A stretch of DNA of 64,000 nucleotides from contig OX597830.1 of assembly GCA_951406725.2 (NCBI GenBank), positions 56,916,001-56,980,000 on the forward strand, written 5' to 3'. The notes beneath the pieces were generated by a model. The model ran no database searches. It worked only from the letters and a program-made list of their open reading frames with translations, and had not been told where the DNA came from. Position 1 is the first letter of the stretch; each line of letters opens with the position of its first letter. Positions 12,787 through 26,349 of this stretch are shown piece after piece. Made by a program: the position numbers and the translations under genes. This DNA is from Octopus vulgaris (Eukaryota).

Positions 12787-15230
12787 TCAGGCCATAACAC
12801 ATGGCCCCTACCTGGGACGTAGTCAGTCCTCCTGTGCATAGCTTCCTTCTTGAGACACTTATGAAGACCTGTTGAGGCAAGTGAAAATCAAATCAAAACA
12901 AATCAAAATAGATGAACATCAGTGGAATTGTATTCTTGTGGTACCAGTGCCGGTGGCACACAAGAAAACCACCCAAACGTGGCCGTAGCCAGTACCGCAT
13001 CGACTGGCCTCCGTGCTGTGGGCACAACAAACACCATCCGATCGTGGCCGTTCGCCAGCCTCACCTGGCACCTGTGTCGGTGGCACATAAAGACACCATC
13101 CGAAGACCCGGCGATGTAGTCAGTCCACCTGTGCATACCTTCCCTCTTATGACACTTGTGAAGACCTGTTGAGGCAAGTGTGTGACCCTTGTGAAGACCT
13201 GTTGAGGCAAGTGAAAATCAAACCAAATCAAAATAGATGAACATCAATGGAATTTGTATCTTTGTGGTTCCAGTACCGGTGGCACACAAGAAAACCATCC
13301 GAACGTGGCCGTAGCCAGTACCGCATCGACTGGCCCCCGTGCTGTGGGCACAACAAACACCATCTGATCGTGGCCGTTCGCCAGCCTCATCTGGCACCTG
13401 TGTCGGTGGCACATAAAAACACCATCCGAAGACCCGGCGACGTAGTCAGTTCACCTGTGCATACCTTCCCTCTTATGACACTTGTGAAGACCTGTTGAGG
13501 CAAGTGTGTGACACTTGTGAAGACCTGTTGAGGCAGAGGCAAGTGTGTGACACTTTGTGAAGACCTGTTGAGGCAGAGGCAAGGGTGTGACACTTGTGGA
13601 GACCTGTTGAGGCAAAAAACACCATCCGAAGACCCGGCGACGTAGTCAGTTCACCTGTGCATACCTTCCCTCTTATGACACTTGTGAAGACCTGTTGAGG
13701 CAAGTGTGTGACACTTGTGAAGACCTGTTGAGGCAGAGGCAAGTGTGTGACACTTTGTGAAGTCCTGTTGAGGCAGAGGCAAGGGTGTGACACTTGTGAA
13801 GACCTGTTGAGGCAAGTGAAAATCAAAAAATCAAATCAAATCAAACCAAATCAAAATAGATGAACATCAATGGAATTTGTATCTTTGTGGTTCCAGTACC
13901 GGTGGCACACAAGAAAACCATCCGATCGTGGCCGTTCGCCAGCCTCATCTGGCACCTGTGTCGGTGGCACATAAAAACACCATCCGAAGTCCCGGCGACG
14001 TAGTCAGTCCACCTGTGCATACCTCCCTACTTATGACACTTGTGAAGACCTGTTGAGGCAAGCGTGTGACACTTGTATAGACCTGTTGAGGCAAGTGAAA
14101 ATCAAAATCAAATCAAATCAAATCAAATCAAATCAAATCATACCAAATCAAAATAGATGAACATCAATGGAATTTGTATCTTTGTGGTACCAGTACCGGT
14201 GGCACACAAGAAAACCATCCGAACGTGGCCGTAGCCAGTACCGCATCGACTGGCCTCTGTGATGTGGGCACATAACAAACACCATCCGATCGTGGCCGTC
14301 CGCCAGCCTCATCTGGCACCTGTGTCGGTGGCACATAAAAACACCAACCGAAGACCCGGCAAGACTAGTCAGGCCATAACCCGTGGCCCCTACTTGGGAC
14401 GTAGTCAGTCCACCTGTGCATACCTTCCTTCCTTCTTGTGACACTTGTGAAGACCTGTTGAGGCAAGTGAAAATCAAATCAAATCAAATCAAGTCAAAAT
14501 AGATGAACATCAATGGAATTTGTGTCTTTGTGGTACCAGGGCCGGTGGCACACAGGAAAACCATCCGAACGTGGCCGTGGCCAGTGCCGCATCAACTGGC
14601 CTCCGTGCTGTGGGCACGCAACAAACACCATCCGATCGTGGACGTTTGCCAGCCTCATCTGGCACCTGTGTCGGTGGCACATAAAAACACCATCCGAAGA
14701 CCCGGCAAGACTAGTCAGGCCATAACCCGTGGCCCCTGCCTGGGACGTTGTCAGTCCACCTGTGCATACCTTCCTTCTTGTGACAATTGTGAAAACCTGT
14801 TGAGGCAAGTGAAAATCAAATCAAAATAGATGAACATCAATGGAATTTGTATCTTTGTGGTACCAGCGCCGGTGGCACACAAGAAAATCATCCGAACGTG
14901 GCCGTAGCCAGTACCGCATAGACTGGCCTCCGTGCTTTGGGGACGTAACAAACACCATCCGATCGTGGCCGTCCGCCAGCCTCATCTGGCACCTGTGTCG
15001 GTGGCACATAAAAACACCATCCGAGCGTGGCCGTTCGCCAGCCTCGACTGGCACCTGTGTCGGTGCCAGCCTTATCTGGCACCTGTGTCGGTGGCACATA
15101 AAAACACCATCCGAGCGTGGCCGTTCGCCAGCCTCGACTGGCACCTGTGTCGGTGGCACATAAAAACACCATCCGAGCGTGGCCGTTCGCCAGCCTCGAC
15201 TGGCACCTGTGTCGGTGGCACATAAAATCA
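12787..15230 (+). repeat. Hierarchical tandem repeats in RTE 3' UTR (~320-350 bp units, ~60 bp hairpin sub-units, ~30-40 bp gacacttgtgaagacctgttgaggca sub-units, (AAATC)n)
   Basis: aaatagatgaacatca recurs at ~12906, 13231, 13854, 14152, 14497, 14824. Confidence 0.95.
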
Positions 15231-15402
15231 CCCACTACACTCTCGGAGTGGTTGGCGTTAGGAAGGGCATCCAGCTGTAGAAACACTGCCAGATCTGACT
15301 GGCCTGGTGCAGCCTTCGGGCTCCCCAGACCCCAGTTGAACCGTCCAACCCATGCTAGCATGGAAAACGGACGCTAAATGATGATGATGATGATGATGAT
15401 GA

Positions 15403-16867
15403 TAGTATTATTAGTGAATTGAAGAAATGGAGTTGAACGAAGATTGAACAGAATTCCTTTTATTGCATTCTACACATGTTTCAAAAGCCACAATTTTCCA
15501 AATTCTGATTAAATAAGGATCCCATATTGTGGCTTTCTCTTCAGGAAAAAAAATAGGAATTCCGTTGGCAGAACAAAACAGAACAGAGGCGCAGCAAAGC
15601 AATTTGAACGAGGCGGCTCTTTAAGAGCCCATGGGTGAACTGATTATCAATGTACGTTGAAATCGGGTGGTGGGTGCGTTGAAGATATTTACAGGTCAGG
15701 CGGCGGTCAAATCCAGTAGGTGAGAGCAAGGGGTGTGGAGATGTTCTGTGTGACCAAAACTAAAATTCTGAATATTTTAAAGAATACTGGGTGTATTTTT
15801 TGGGGGCGAGACAAAAAATACCTAGAAGCATGTATGTGTGTACTGGCCTATGTGTGCGCGGCCGTATGTTGGTAAAAGGCGCTACTTAATGGTCACTGCT
15901 GAAAAATTCGTCAGGCGGCAGAAAATATTTTTTTGTGTACGTGTGTTTGTCTAGGCCTGCTTGTCAAAAAATTAACGTCGTCAAAGAATCCTAAGGGTTC
16001 AATCCACATATTGTTCGCCAGAGACCGGTTGGTAAACGGACTTTTACAGTCGGCTTTTCGATGTCCCCATTGGCGGCGTTATACTTATCTTGCTTATAAA
16101 TGATACCTTAGACAATTAGCAACCTGTCACACCACTAAAATGAAAATAATCCTTGGAAATAATTTTTTGAAAAAGCTTTTTAAGAAATATATGAATAACC
16201 CTAGCAAGGGGAAATTACTCACATTAGGCGAATGATGGTTTGTTTTTTGAAGCAAAAGCTGGAATTTTATATACCCTTAGGATTCTTTGACGACGTTAAT
16301 TTTTTGACAAGCAGGCCTAGACGAACACACGTACACAAAAAATATTTTCTGCCGCCTGACGAATTTTTCAGCAGTGACCATTAAGTAGCGCCTTTTACCA
16401 ACATACGGCCGCGCACACATAGGCCAGTACACACATACATGCTTCTAGGTATTTTTTGTCTCGCCCCCAAAAAATACACCCAGTATTCTTTAAAATATTC
16501 AGAATTTTAGTTTTGGTTACACAGAACATCTCCACACCCCTTGCTCTCACCTACTGGATTTGACCGCCGCCTGACCTGTAAATATCTTCAACGCACCCAC
16601 CACCCGATTTCAACGTACATTGATAATCAGTTCACCCATGGGCTCTTAAAGAGCAGCCTCGTTCAAATTGCTTTGCTGCGCCTCTGTTCTGTTTTGTTCT
16701 GCCAACGGAATTCCTATTTTTTTTCCTGAAGAGAAAGCCACAATATGGGATCCTTATTTAATCAGAATTTGGAAAATTGTGGCTTTTGAAACATGTGTAG
16801 AATGCAATAAAAGGAATTCTGTTCAACCTTCGTTCAACTCCATTTCTTCAATTCACTAATAATACTA
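15403..16867. mobile_element. Foldback/long inverted-repeat element (arms 15403-15998 and 16273-16867, 274-bp spacer)
   Basis: Arms are reverse complements with only about 5-6 differences; mirrored ORFs in the track. Confidence 0.92.
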
Positions 16868-17013
16868 AAATTCAATTATCCGCACCAACGCACGGTTGCA
16901 ACACCAAAAGGTTTTATCTCCAACCGTGCTTTCTTCTGCCGTGATTTTTGGTACCAAGGTATCGGTTAAACTTTTGATTAATCTGCAACAAGATTATTCA
17001 TCTTTCTATTTTA

Positions 17014-17072
<59 letters not shown>

Positions 17073-17149
17073 GAGATAGGTTGCAAAGAAGAAAGACTAC
17101 ACATGGGATAAATAGGGGAAAAGTAAAAAGAAAACAGAGAAAATGTACA

Positions 17150-18310
17150 TTAGATTAGGAAGGTTGGTTTAAGGTTCCTAGCACATCATTCTATGTGCTC
17201 ATTGACCTGCATCTATCTATATGGTGGGTAGCGGATTTGTTCATTGTGAAGAGTTGTTCTTTGTTGGAGTGACATACCTGTTTGGCCTATATAGTAATTT
17301 TTGCCTCTTTAGCAGGTAATAGAATAGATTAAGTTTTCAGAGCAACAGGTGAAATTTGATTTAATCTTAAATAGTTCACTTTGTTTGAAGTGAAACTCTG
17401 TACCCTCCAAAAGGTGGGGGCATGTTCCACAGTTAGTCCGCCCACCTTTTTTCACTTGTGGTTCCGTTGTTGATTGATATAGACTTGTGCTTGTTAATAG
17501 TTTTTCAATGATTTCGGTTGCATTTTGCTCAAGTGTGAGCTTAAAATTTTGTTCGTTGTTTTACCTCCAGTGAGAATGGGTAGATTTTGGGTGATGATGT
17601 TGAAGGCCTCATTGTTTCTAGGCTTGTATGTGGAGATGTATGGGAGTATTTTTTAGATCTGGAGTAGTATTTTGGTTATCTTCCCTTAATGCTTGTATGT
17701 CTATTTTTTTCGCTCGTTTAATCTCATCATTTATTCATGATGGTGGGTAATGTCTCCTGATTAGTGTTGATTTAAGTTCAAGGTGTTTTCGTTTACGAGT
17801 ATTGGTATCCCAAAATATAGTACAGATTCTTTTCGCTAGATTATAAGGTACATTAATTTTTATGTGTTTGGAGTAGCATGAGTTGAATAATAGGTATTGT
17901 TTTGAATTTGTGGGTTTGTAGATGTCCATTTCGATGTGGCTATTGACTATTTTAATTAGGATGTCAAGAAAAGGAAGTTGTTTATTGCTGTATTTCATGG
18001 TGAATTGTATGCTGCTATTGATATTGTTGACCATTATTTTGAAATCAAGTAGTTTGTCCATGCTATCGTTCCTGAGTATAAAGCAATCATCTAAGTACCT
18101 CTTCCAGTTCTCCTTTAAATAGCAATGAAATGAGGTACCATATTTTTGTAGTGATGATTAGTAAATTTCAAGTTCTAGATGATCCATTACAAGATTCGCA
18201 ATCACTGGTGCAGCTGGAGTTCCCATTGCAATTCCACATTTTGTCAATAGTAAACCTATATCGAACATGAAATAGTTGTTCTGTAGGATAAATTTCAGTG
18301 TTTTCTTTTT
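17150..18310 (-). mobile_element. Penelope-like element relic (RT + GIY-YIG)
   Basis: GIAMGTPAAP.IANL.M, YLDDCF, LPFLDI, IYKPTNSKQYL, LIYSITC..YIGQT. Confidence 0.9.
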
Positions 18311-18334
18311 ACTTTTCTCATATATATATATATA

Positions 18335-19535
18335 CATTTGCAGTTTCAGCTCATAGCTGCGGCCATGCTGGGGCATTGGCGTTTTTTACTGAGAGCCTCT
18401 TCTAACATGTGGAACTTGGTGAAGAATAAAGTTTGATGTAGCTACCCTCGTTTGCACCCCTTGCCACGAGATAGGTTCATCTGGGGCTCTCGACAGGAAG
18501 GGGTTCACCCTTGATTTAAAAATGTCTACATCTACTTTGTGCAGGTTCCTCAGGCTCTTTGAGAGAATATTAAAAAGCTGTGGGCTTCTGAAACCCAGGC
18601 TGTTAGAGTAAGGGGTCCTGAAGCATGATAGCATTGCTGGGATCTTTGGCACTGTGCAGTATTGACTCATTCTAGCATTGGTGTAGCTTTCAATGTCAAA
18701 ATTTGGCACAATTCCTTCCAGATGTATATTACTGCATGCCTCTCCTGCCTTCACTGCAAGGCATAGAGTCTTAGCTGTTTCAGACTTTCCCAGTAGCTGA
18801 GCTGTTACAAAGAGACAATCTTCATTGTGAAACTTCGCTGGATTGCTTTAAGGTGTGCTGTTAATTTCACACTGTTGGGTGACCACAGCTGTGAGCAGTT
18901 ATCCAGACAGCTGAGGATGAATGTCCTCCAGAGGACCATCATGGTTTTCCTTATCTCTGGTTCTGAATGTTCTCAGGATCCATTCAGCCGCCAGTTGTCT
19001 GCACTTTGGTGCCATCCTGGTAATATGCACTTGGAAAGAGGTATCATCACTCATGTCAATACCCAGGTCCTTCACTGATTTAGGCTCTGGGATTGTAATT
19101 CCCTGTGGACCAGTGTACCCTATAAGTTTCATGTTCAGTTTTGGATGCTGGTAGTGCAGGGCCTGGAAGTTTTAAACTGCATGTTATTATCCTCAGCACA
19201 TCTGTAAATTGAGTCCAACTCCTGCTGCATATGTGCAACATCACTGGGGTTCTGTATTTTCTGTGAGACTTTCATATTGTCTGCGTAGCTAGCAAGGTTG
19301 GCTATCGGGGCAGTTGAGGGCATATCTGATAGGACCACTATGAAAAGCAGTGGTCCCAAGACAGTGCCCCATGGAACACTGCTCTCTGTTTGAGTTTTCA
19401 TTGAGTTGGCTCCAATGACCACGACTGCCGGACTTCTATCTTTCAGAAAGTCGTGTAACCACTATCCAAGTTTTCCAGCTATGCTAAGATCACGCAGTTT
19501 GTGTCATATCATACCATGATCCATTTTATCAAATT
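18335..19535 (-). mobile_element. CR1/L2-group LINE 3' RT fragment
   Basis: SVPWGTVLGPLLF, YADNMK, NNMQF, VKDLGI. Confidence 0.85.
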
Positions 19536-19864
19536 GAGGGAATGGAATGGGTATTTATTCACACACACACACACATATATGTCTTAGTTTGTATGATTCT
19601 GTATAGAGCAATATATTAATGAAATTCCAAAGTAGTCTGATTTTCACCTTTTATTACTTGGAATTTTTACAATTTAAAAATTTTACAATTTCATATTATG
19701 GAATTGAACTTTCAAGTATTATGCAATCATCAGGTATATGTAGTGACAGTCGTGTTCCACAATTGACATCTGGTTGACTTTAATCTCTAAATATCCTCCA
19801 ACGTTCTCTAGCAAGCTGAATCTTATGAATTATATTTTCACCACTCAGCATATATCTATATATA

Positions 19865-21402
19865 TCTGCCCCTGGGAGCTCCTCTATGCTGATGACCTTG
19901 CTCTAATTGCTGAGTCACTATCAGAACTAGAGGAGAAGTTTCAGGTGTGGAAGCAAGGATTAGAATCGAAGGGCCTTAGAGTCAACCTAGCTGAAACCAA
20001 AGTAGGAAGGCAGTCAAACCACAAATCCCTTAAGGTAGATGGCCCTGAACGATCTGTAGAAAAGGCGTACGTAGAAACTCTATAAGATGTATCCAGTGTA
20101 AGTTATGGACACATAAGAGGTGCAGCAATATCAAAGGAAGGCTAATTAGGAGGATAGATTTTGTATGTGGCAGATACTCAGGAGCAATAAACACTGAAAA
20201 TAGGCAGAGAATAACTCCTGCCACATTCCAGGGAGAAAAACTGCAAGAGGTTGATAGCTTCCATTACCTAGGTGACCAAGTCAGTAGAGGGGAAAGGTGT
20301 TCTGAAAGTGTAGCTGCTAGAATAAGAATAGCCTGGGCAAAGTTCAGGGAGCTCCTACCTCTGCTAGTGACAAAGGGCCTCTCGCTCAGAGTAAAAGGTA
20401 GTCTGTATGATGCATGTGTACGAACAGCCATGCTACATGGCCTGGAAATATGGGCTGTGACTGCTGAGGACATGCGTAAGCTTGCAAGGAACGAAGTCAG
20501 TATGCTTCAATGGATGTGTAATGTCAGTGTGCATACTCGACAGAGTGTAAGTGCCTTGAGTGAAAAGTTGGATCTAAGAAGCATCAGATGTGGTGTGCAA
20601 GAGTGACAACTGCGCTGGTATGGTCATGTGGTGCAAATGGATGAAGATAGCTGTGTGAAAAAGTGCCACACCCTAGCGGTTGAGGGAACCTGTGGAAGAG
20701 GTAGACCTAGGAAGACCTGGGGTGAGATGGTGAAGCATGACCTTCAAACATTGGGCCTCACCAAGACAATAACTAGTGACCGGGACCTTTGAAAATGTAC
20801 TGTGCTTGAGAAGACCCGGCAAGCTCAAGTGAGACAATAACCTTGTGACCTATGCCATGGGTGTAACCAGCCCACTTATGCATACCTTTCCTTCATTGGA
20901 CACAAAACTCTGCTTGCGAAGACCTGTTGAGGCAAGTGAAATCGAAATCAAAATCAAATTCGATGACTTGCATCCGTGGTATCATATTAGCGTGACCGTT
21001 ACCAGACCAACTACCGGCCTCTTTTCCGATGGCACATAAAAATCACCATTCGAGTGTGACTGTTACCTGCGTCACCTTACTGGCACTTGTGCTGTTGGCA
21101 CGTGAAAAACATTCGAGCAAGGTCATTGCCAGAGCCGCTGGACTGGCTCCTGTGCAGGTGGCACATAAAAAGTACCATTTGAGCATGGCCGTTGCCAGTG
21201 CTGCCTGACTGGCCCTCATGCTGGTGGCACATAAAAGCACCCACTACACACCCAGAGTAGTTGGAGTTAGGAAGGGTATCCAGCTTTAGAAACTCTGTCA
21301 TATCAGATTGGAGCCTGGTGCAGCCACCTGGTTTGCCAGACCTCAGTCAAATCGTCTATCCCATGCTAGTATGGAAAGCGGATGTTAAACGATGATGATG
21401 AT
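19865..21402 (+). mobile_element. Degenerate RTE copy (RT 3' part, UTR, (GAT)n tail)
   Basis: High similarity to 11815-12900 and to the element 3' end. Confidence 0.92.
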
Positions 21403-22155
21403 ATATATATATATATATATATACATATATACATGAGGAGTTTAGTTCACTGGTAATCTAAATGAATAGGTACATTTAACTACTATAATTGGTCATCCGT
21501 TAGGTTTTAAGTTCACAGTTAAGGCTGGAACTAGGGATCAGTATTAAGGTTCTGTGTGAGCAGGTATATATTGAAGGAAAAGGACAATAAAAATCAAGGC
21601 AGGACGACTATCTCAAGTCATTTATAATAATTTAATTAGGGTAAGGTGAATTTAAAGTCTTGCAGCTGTTTCTAAGATATCCCAAGTGATAAGCTAGCAT
21701 GTCTGTACACTGGGTACTCCCTTAAGGCGAGTATGTATGAAAGTTCTAGGCAGGAAAATTCACAGTTCATAAGGAATAAAAATAGAGGAATAAAGAGTAG
21801 AAGTAGATAGAAGAATACAGATAGGATAAAAAAATTGAACACATCTTTTAAAATACTGCCAAAATACTGCCTGGATCTACCTGGGATCATACCTAAGGGA
21901 CTATTCAATCCCAGAAGTACGGACCAACCTCCATGCTTCTGGAAAAAAATGAACTGTGAACATTTTTCTTTGATACACCCCAATAAGAAAAATAATTGCC
22001 AGTTTACAAAAGAATGAAAATGCATGTAAATATATTCACAAAAGACGTAAAATGTTGTTGCCATACAAATCCATTGGCAAAATCATGAATTTATTGAATA
22101 CAATTTTTATAAACAAATAATAAAAATTTAAAAAACAAATTAAAAAAACAATTAC

Positions 22156-22237
22156 CTTTGCAGTGCTCCAACATCCTACAAAGCTTAATGTACCGAATGC
22201 ATCACAGGGTTTTGATGGTTCCTTATCTAAAGTATTT
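22156..22237 (-). CDS. TRPM-family exon NTLDKEPSKPCDAFGTLSFVGCWSTAK
   Basis: TRPM (P)TDAFG.I.F...AK motif; pyrimidine-rich acceptor tttctcttttgatag, donor gtaatt; 82 nt, phase 2 to 0. Confidence 0.85.
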
Positions 22238-24479
22238 CTATCAAAAGAGAAATAGAAACCAAATCAATAGTTGAAGTGAAGTTGTGATGGGGAAGATAGA
22301 AATTGATTAATAGCAAAATCAAGTGATAAAGATCATCCCCAATGAAAAATACAAAATTTTCACAGATATAGATACATAAATCCCAACACAGAAATAGGTA
22401 AATGTCTTTTAATTTAGTTTAATCAAATAATGATTAATTTTAAGCAATAATAACACCCTTAGTGGCTTGCCATATTGAGATGGCTAGTATATTTTATGAT
22501 TAATTTTAAATAAACTGAAAAGGAATAACAAGAAATATTTTACCATCAGAAGTAAATGTAGAAAATGGGATACATAGTGGAATAATGATTCAGCATCTGG
22601 GATGGTGCTGGTATCATAAGATATCATAAGACCAATTCCAAAAAGGTACTCAACTGACTGGCATGAAGTCACCAATATAAACCAAATTCTTACCCATAGA
22701 TGTGCTGTGTCCTCTCCTTACCTTTTCTATCACTACTACAATACCCTCTGCTCCTCAGAGCTGGTTGCTCTCTTGCCACTTTATCTAGATACCACTGATG
22801 CACACATCTCTTGTGTCCATTAGACTAGAACCCACACTAACACTAATGCCTGTTTTCCTGAAGCATTATGGAGTCTCTGGGTTATTTCCTTCAAAATCAT
22901 TAGTTATATTGATACGCTAACTTTATCTTTTTTTACATACATACCTGTGGCATGTGTCATGCTTATTTTAAAAGAAGAGATAAAAATGTTGAAGGGAGAG
23001 GTAAAAATAAAAAAAAGGTGTTAAGCAGAGGAGGTATAGTTGAAGTGAGTGGGAAAGCAAGAGAGGGGGAGAGACAGAGAGGAAGTGAGAGAGAAAAACA
23101 GAAAGTGAGTGAGACAGTGAGTGTTGCTTTTAAATGTTTATCAGTTTTATCAGAGTAGGACTGCTGCATATATCGAAAGAAAAATAGATACATACGTACA
23201 TGGATACATACACAGATTGTTAAATTAAAAGTGAGAGAGGAGGGACAGAGAGGAAATGAGATAGAGAGAGAGAGAGAGAGTGAGTGAAAGAGACAGTGAG
23301 TGGTAACTGAAAGGAAGGTGGTGTTTGTTTTGTGTTTTTAAATGTTTATCAGTATTTTTAGAGTAGACTGATACATACATCGAAAGAAAAGTAGATACAT
23401 AGATACACAGACACATTGTTAAATCAGAGACAAATAACTACAGAAGATATTGGATGTCACTTTCATGTTTCATTACCACACAAAGATAAAAATTAATGTG
23501 CAAGTGGATGAGTACTCCACAGATTACACTCGATTAACATACTTCTCAGAGATATTCAGCCTCACACAGAATGTGACAAGACTAGCCACTTTCTATTACA
23601 GCTACAACTCATTTTGGCCAGCTGAGTGGACTGGAGCAAGATAAACCTTCAAATGGTTGGAAGAAAATGAAAAAGATCTTATATATGGGTAGGAAAATCT
23701 TTTTAATCATTAGGGTCACAATGGATGTAAATTCGGACCTAACAGTGACATTTGTAGGTCTCACAGATTTGGAGGCCAAGCTCTCATATAAACATTGACG
23801 CACAGGTAATTTTTATCAAACCGAGCAGGCGTCCAGGGGGAAGTCACTACACAAGGAATAGCAATTATTTCGTCTTAGCTTTCACTGCTTATACTGAACA
23901 CATAACATTTTTGCCTTACAATATGGAACATTTCCTGTTCTTTCACTCTTTTAAAAACGGCACTCCATCGGTTATGACAATGAGATTGTTATTTATCTAT
24001 TCAACAGAACTGTCTGCTCATAAAATTAACATGCAAGTGGCTGAGTACTTCAGCTGAGTGGACAGCAGCAAGGTGAAGTAGAGTGCCTTGTCCAAGAACA
24101 CAGCACACCGCTGGGAATCATACTCATGACCTTACAATCGTGGGCCAAATATCCCTAACCACTGAGCCACACATCTTCACTCTCTTAACCACAGAAAAAA
24201 GGAGAGAAAAGATATAGAGACAGGGAAAGGAAAGCTTCAGTCATTTAAAATGGTAATTAGATTGAAATACGATTGATTTTTTCTAGTTTCTTTACTTTTA
24301 ACAACGAAGAAGAGAGAAAAACATTTAGTTATGAATATAGGGAAAGTCTTTCAGGTGTTTAGGTTTTCCTTCTGGGAGTTCTAGAAGGATTGAGTGTTAG
24401 CTCTCTCTTCTTGCTCCAATCCCTGGTATTTATTCACCTTGTTTGATAGTTCTTCATGTCTTTTAGTTGGAGGTGGGGA

Positions 24480-25540
24480 CCATGTATTTTTTAGAGATGT
24501 TTAACGTTTTCTGTATAAACTACAAAGAAGCCACCCCATGTCTTTGGTTGTTTCTTTCTCTTACAAAAATTAATGAAAATTTCTGCATCTTTCTTTACCA
24601 ATAAACCTTGGTTGAAAGTTAAGCATTTAAACATATCTGGTGTTAATTCGTTGATTTTAAATCTCTCACTTTCCTTATAAATGATTCCACTGTATGTAGT
24701 AAAATCTTCGTCCTTTTTTTCTATAATATTCATGCATTGTCAGCATATATTACATAAAGAGTATTTTCCACTGAAAATCTTTGATTCACCGTTTCTTCAG
24801 AACAGATTTCACCCAGTTTCTTTGGTAATATGAAATTGCATTATTTCTCATGCTCGGCTGTTGTCATCTTTCTCAAAACAAGTTGAGTTATTTTTTCGTC
24901 TTGCCAGTTACAGCATTCTTCTCTAAGAACTTCCTCATACCTTCTAAAGTAAGCAGAGAAGGTGGTACCCTCCTCTAGGTTACATGCGAACTCTTAGATT
25001 GAGTTTGTGACAGTGTCAGGGTTGAATGAACTAGATGTATTTTCTGTTTTCTTCTGTATCAGTTGTACTAACAGTTGCTGTTGCTTCTGAAATTCTGTTG
25101 TTATTGTTGCTATTGTAGCTGCTGCCGTAACTGAATTACGGAAGCTAGTAAACCTTCCATGTTCAAACAAATATCAGTCCAGCAAGAGCTTCAAATAATC
25201 CTGTCACCAAAAATGTCATGACATCGGGGTACACATCAAGTGTAAAATGGTACGACTCATTATTAAACAGTTGGTTGTGGTCATCTAAAAATAAGCTATT
25301 GCAGAAATATATGTTAACACAGAATGCACACACACTACTCCAATGTAGGTACGATACTCAGCATTCACTATTCAACTACTGACTGTTAAACAAAACCATG
25401 TCAAATTAACATGGTAAAACAACATGGTTGAACTGACACCGTCAACTACCTGATAGTTCAATAATCAGATCTTATTTATAGTAATCGGTTTGTCCAATTT
25501 TAGTCACTTCGGGGGTGTTCGGGATTCTTCCATAAAAATA
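24480..25540 (-). mobile_element. Gypsy-type LTR retrotransposon 5' relic (LTR, PBS, gag)
   Basis: Minus-strand LTR end CA (~25214) followed by PBS-like TGGTGACAGG; gag-like EDFTTYSGII..ERFKINELTPDMFKCL. Confidence 0.65.
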
Positions 25541-26349
25541 TGTTATAAGAAAATAAGAGGGAAATCTGGCAGAGGTATCATTAGTACGCTGGGCAAAATG
25601 CTAGCAGCATTTTGCTCATCTTTACTTCTTGATTTCTAGTTCAGCTTAGGTTGGCATTTTGAGTTGATAAATTAAGTACCAGTTGAATACTGGGGTTGAT
25701 GTATCTATATACCCCTCCCCTGAAATTGCTGTCCTTGAGTCAACCTTTGAAATCAATATTTTATAAGAAAATATAATAAAGCGATTAAAAAAATATAAGT
25801 ATGTTGTGGTGGTTATCACTCATCCTCCATGAGGAAGTCATTTTAGTTTCAACACACAAAATTAGAACAAATCTCTCATTAAAAAAATAGAATTCGATAT
25901 TCAATGAAAGAATACAAGCTGCCTTTGTGCATCAGTTTTATCTACTATGTAAAGACTTTGAAGAACATCAAGATGAATTCAGTGCCAAAATCACTTGAAA
26001 TTCAAAGAGTCAAAATGTAATACATCAAACTGCTTAAGGCTGTGAAAGCCAAATACACACACACACACACACCCATATATATATATGGGGATATAATTCA
26101 AGCTGTGTTCTCATGAAGCACATCTCTCTCTCTCTCTATCTATCTATCTATTTATCTCTCCTGGTAGTCCATGAATATAATTAGGATCATCATTAGCAGA
26201 TATTATGGATTTCCCATTGAGTTTACAAACCAGTTTAAAGTTTTGTTTAATTTACATCAATCTGTTCCTTATACAATAGAGAAAGGAATCAATATCACAA
26301 AATGTAAATTCTTTCACCAATAAGATGTGTGTGATTGTTAAAATTACTC

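Larger units (their letters stand above)
10745..15402 (+). mobile_element. Young 5'-truncated RTE-clade LINE with expanded 3' UTR and (GAT)n tail
   Basis: Near-intact RT ORF; 3' end gcgttaggaagggcatccagc...(gat)n; no APE domain. Confidence 0.96.

Noticed and set aside
12787-15230. RT gene followed by a repeat array, resembling CRISPR, retron or DGR systems
   Set aside because: No unique spacers and no cas genes; the RT is an RTE-clade LINE and the array is its 3' UTR ending in (GAT)n
15411-16859. Duplicate 62-63 aa ORFs on opposite strands
   Set aside because: Consequence of the inverted repeat; no protein motif
22226-22228. Alternative acceptor giving a 71-nt phase-1 exon
   Set aside because: The AG at 22238-22239 has the better pyrimidine tract and fits the upstream phase-2 exon
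23085-23425. ~200-bp local tandem duplication
   Set aside because: Low-complexity intronic duplication with no exon signal
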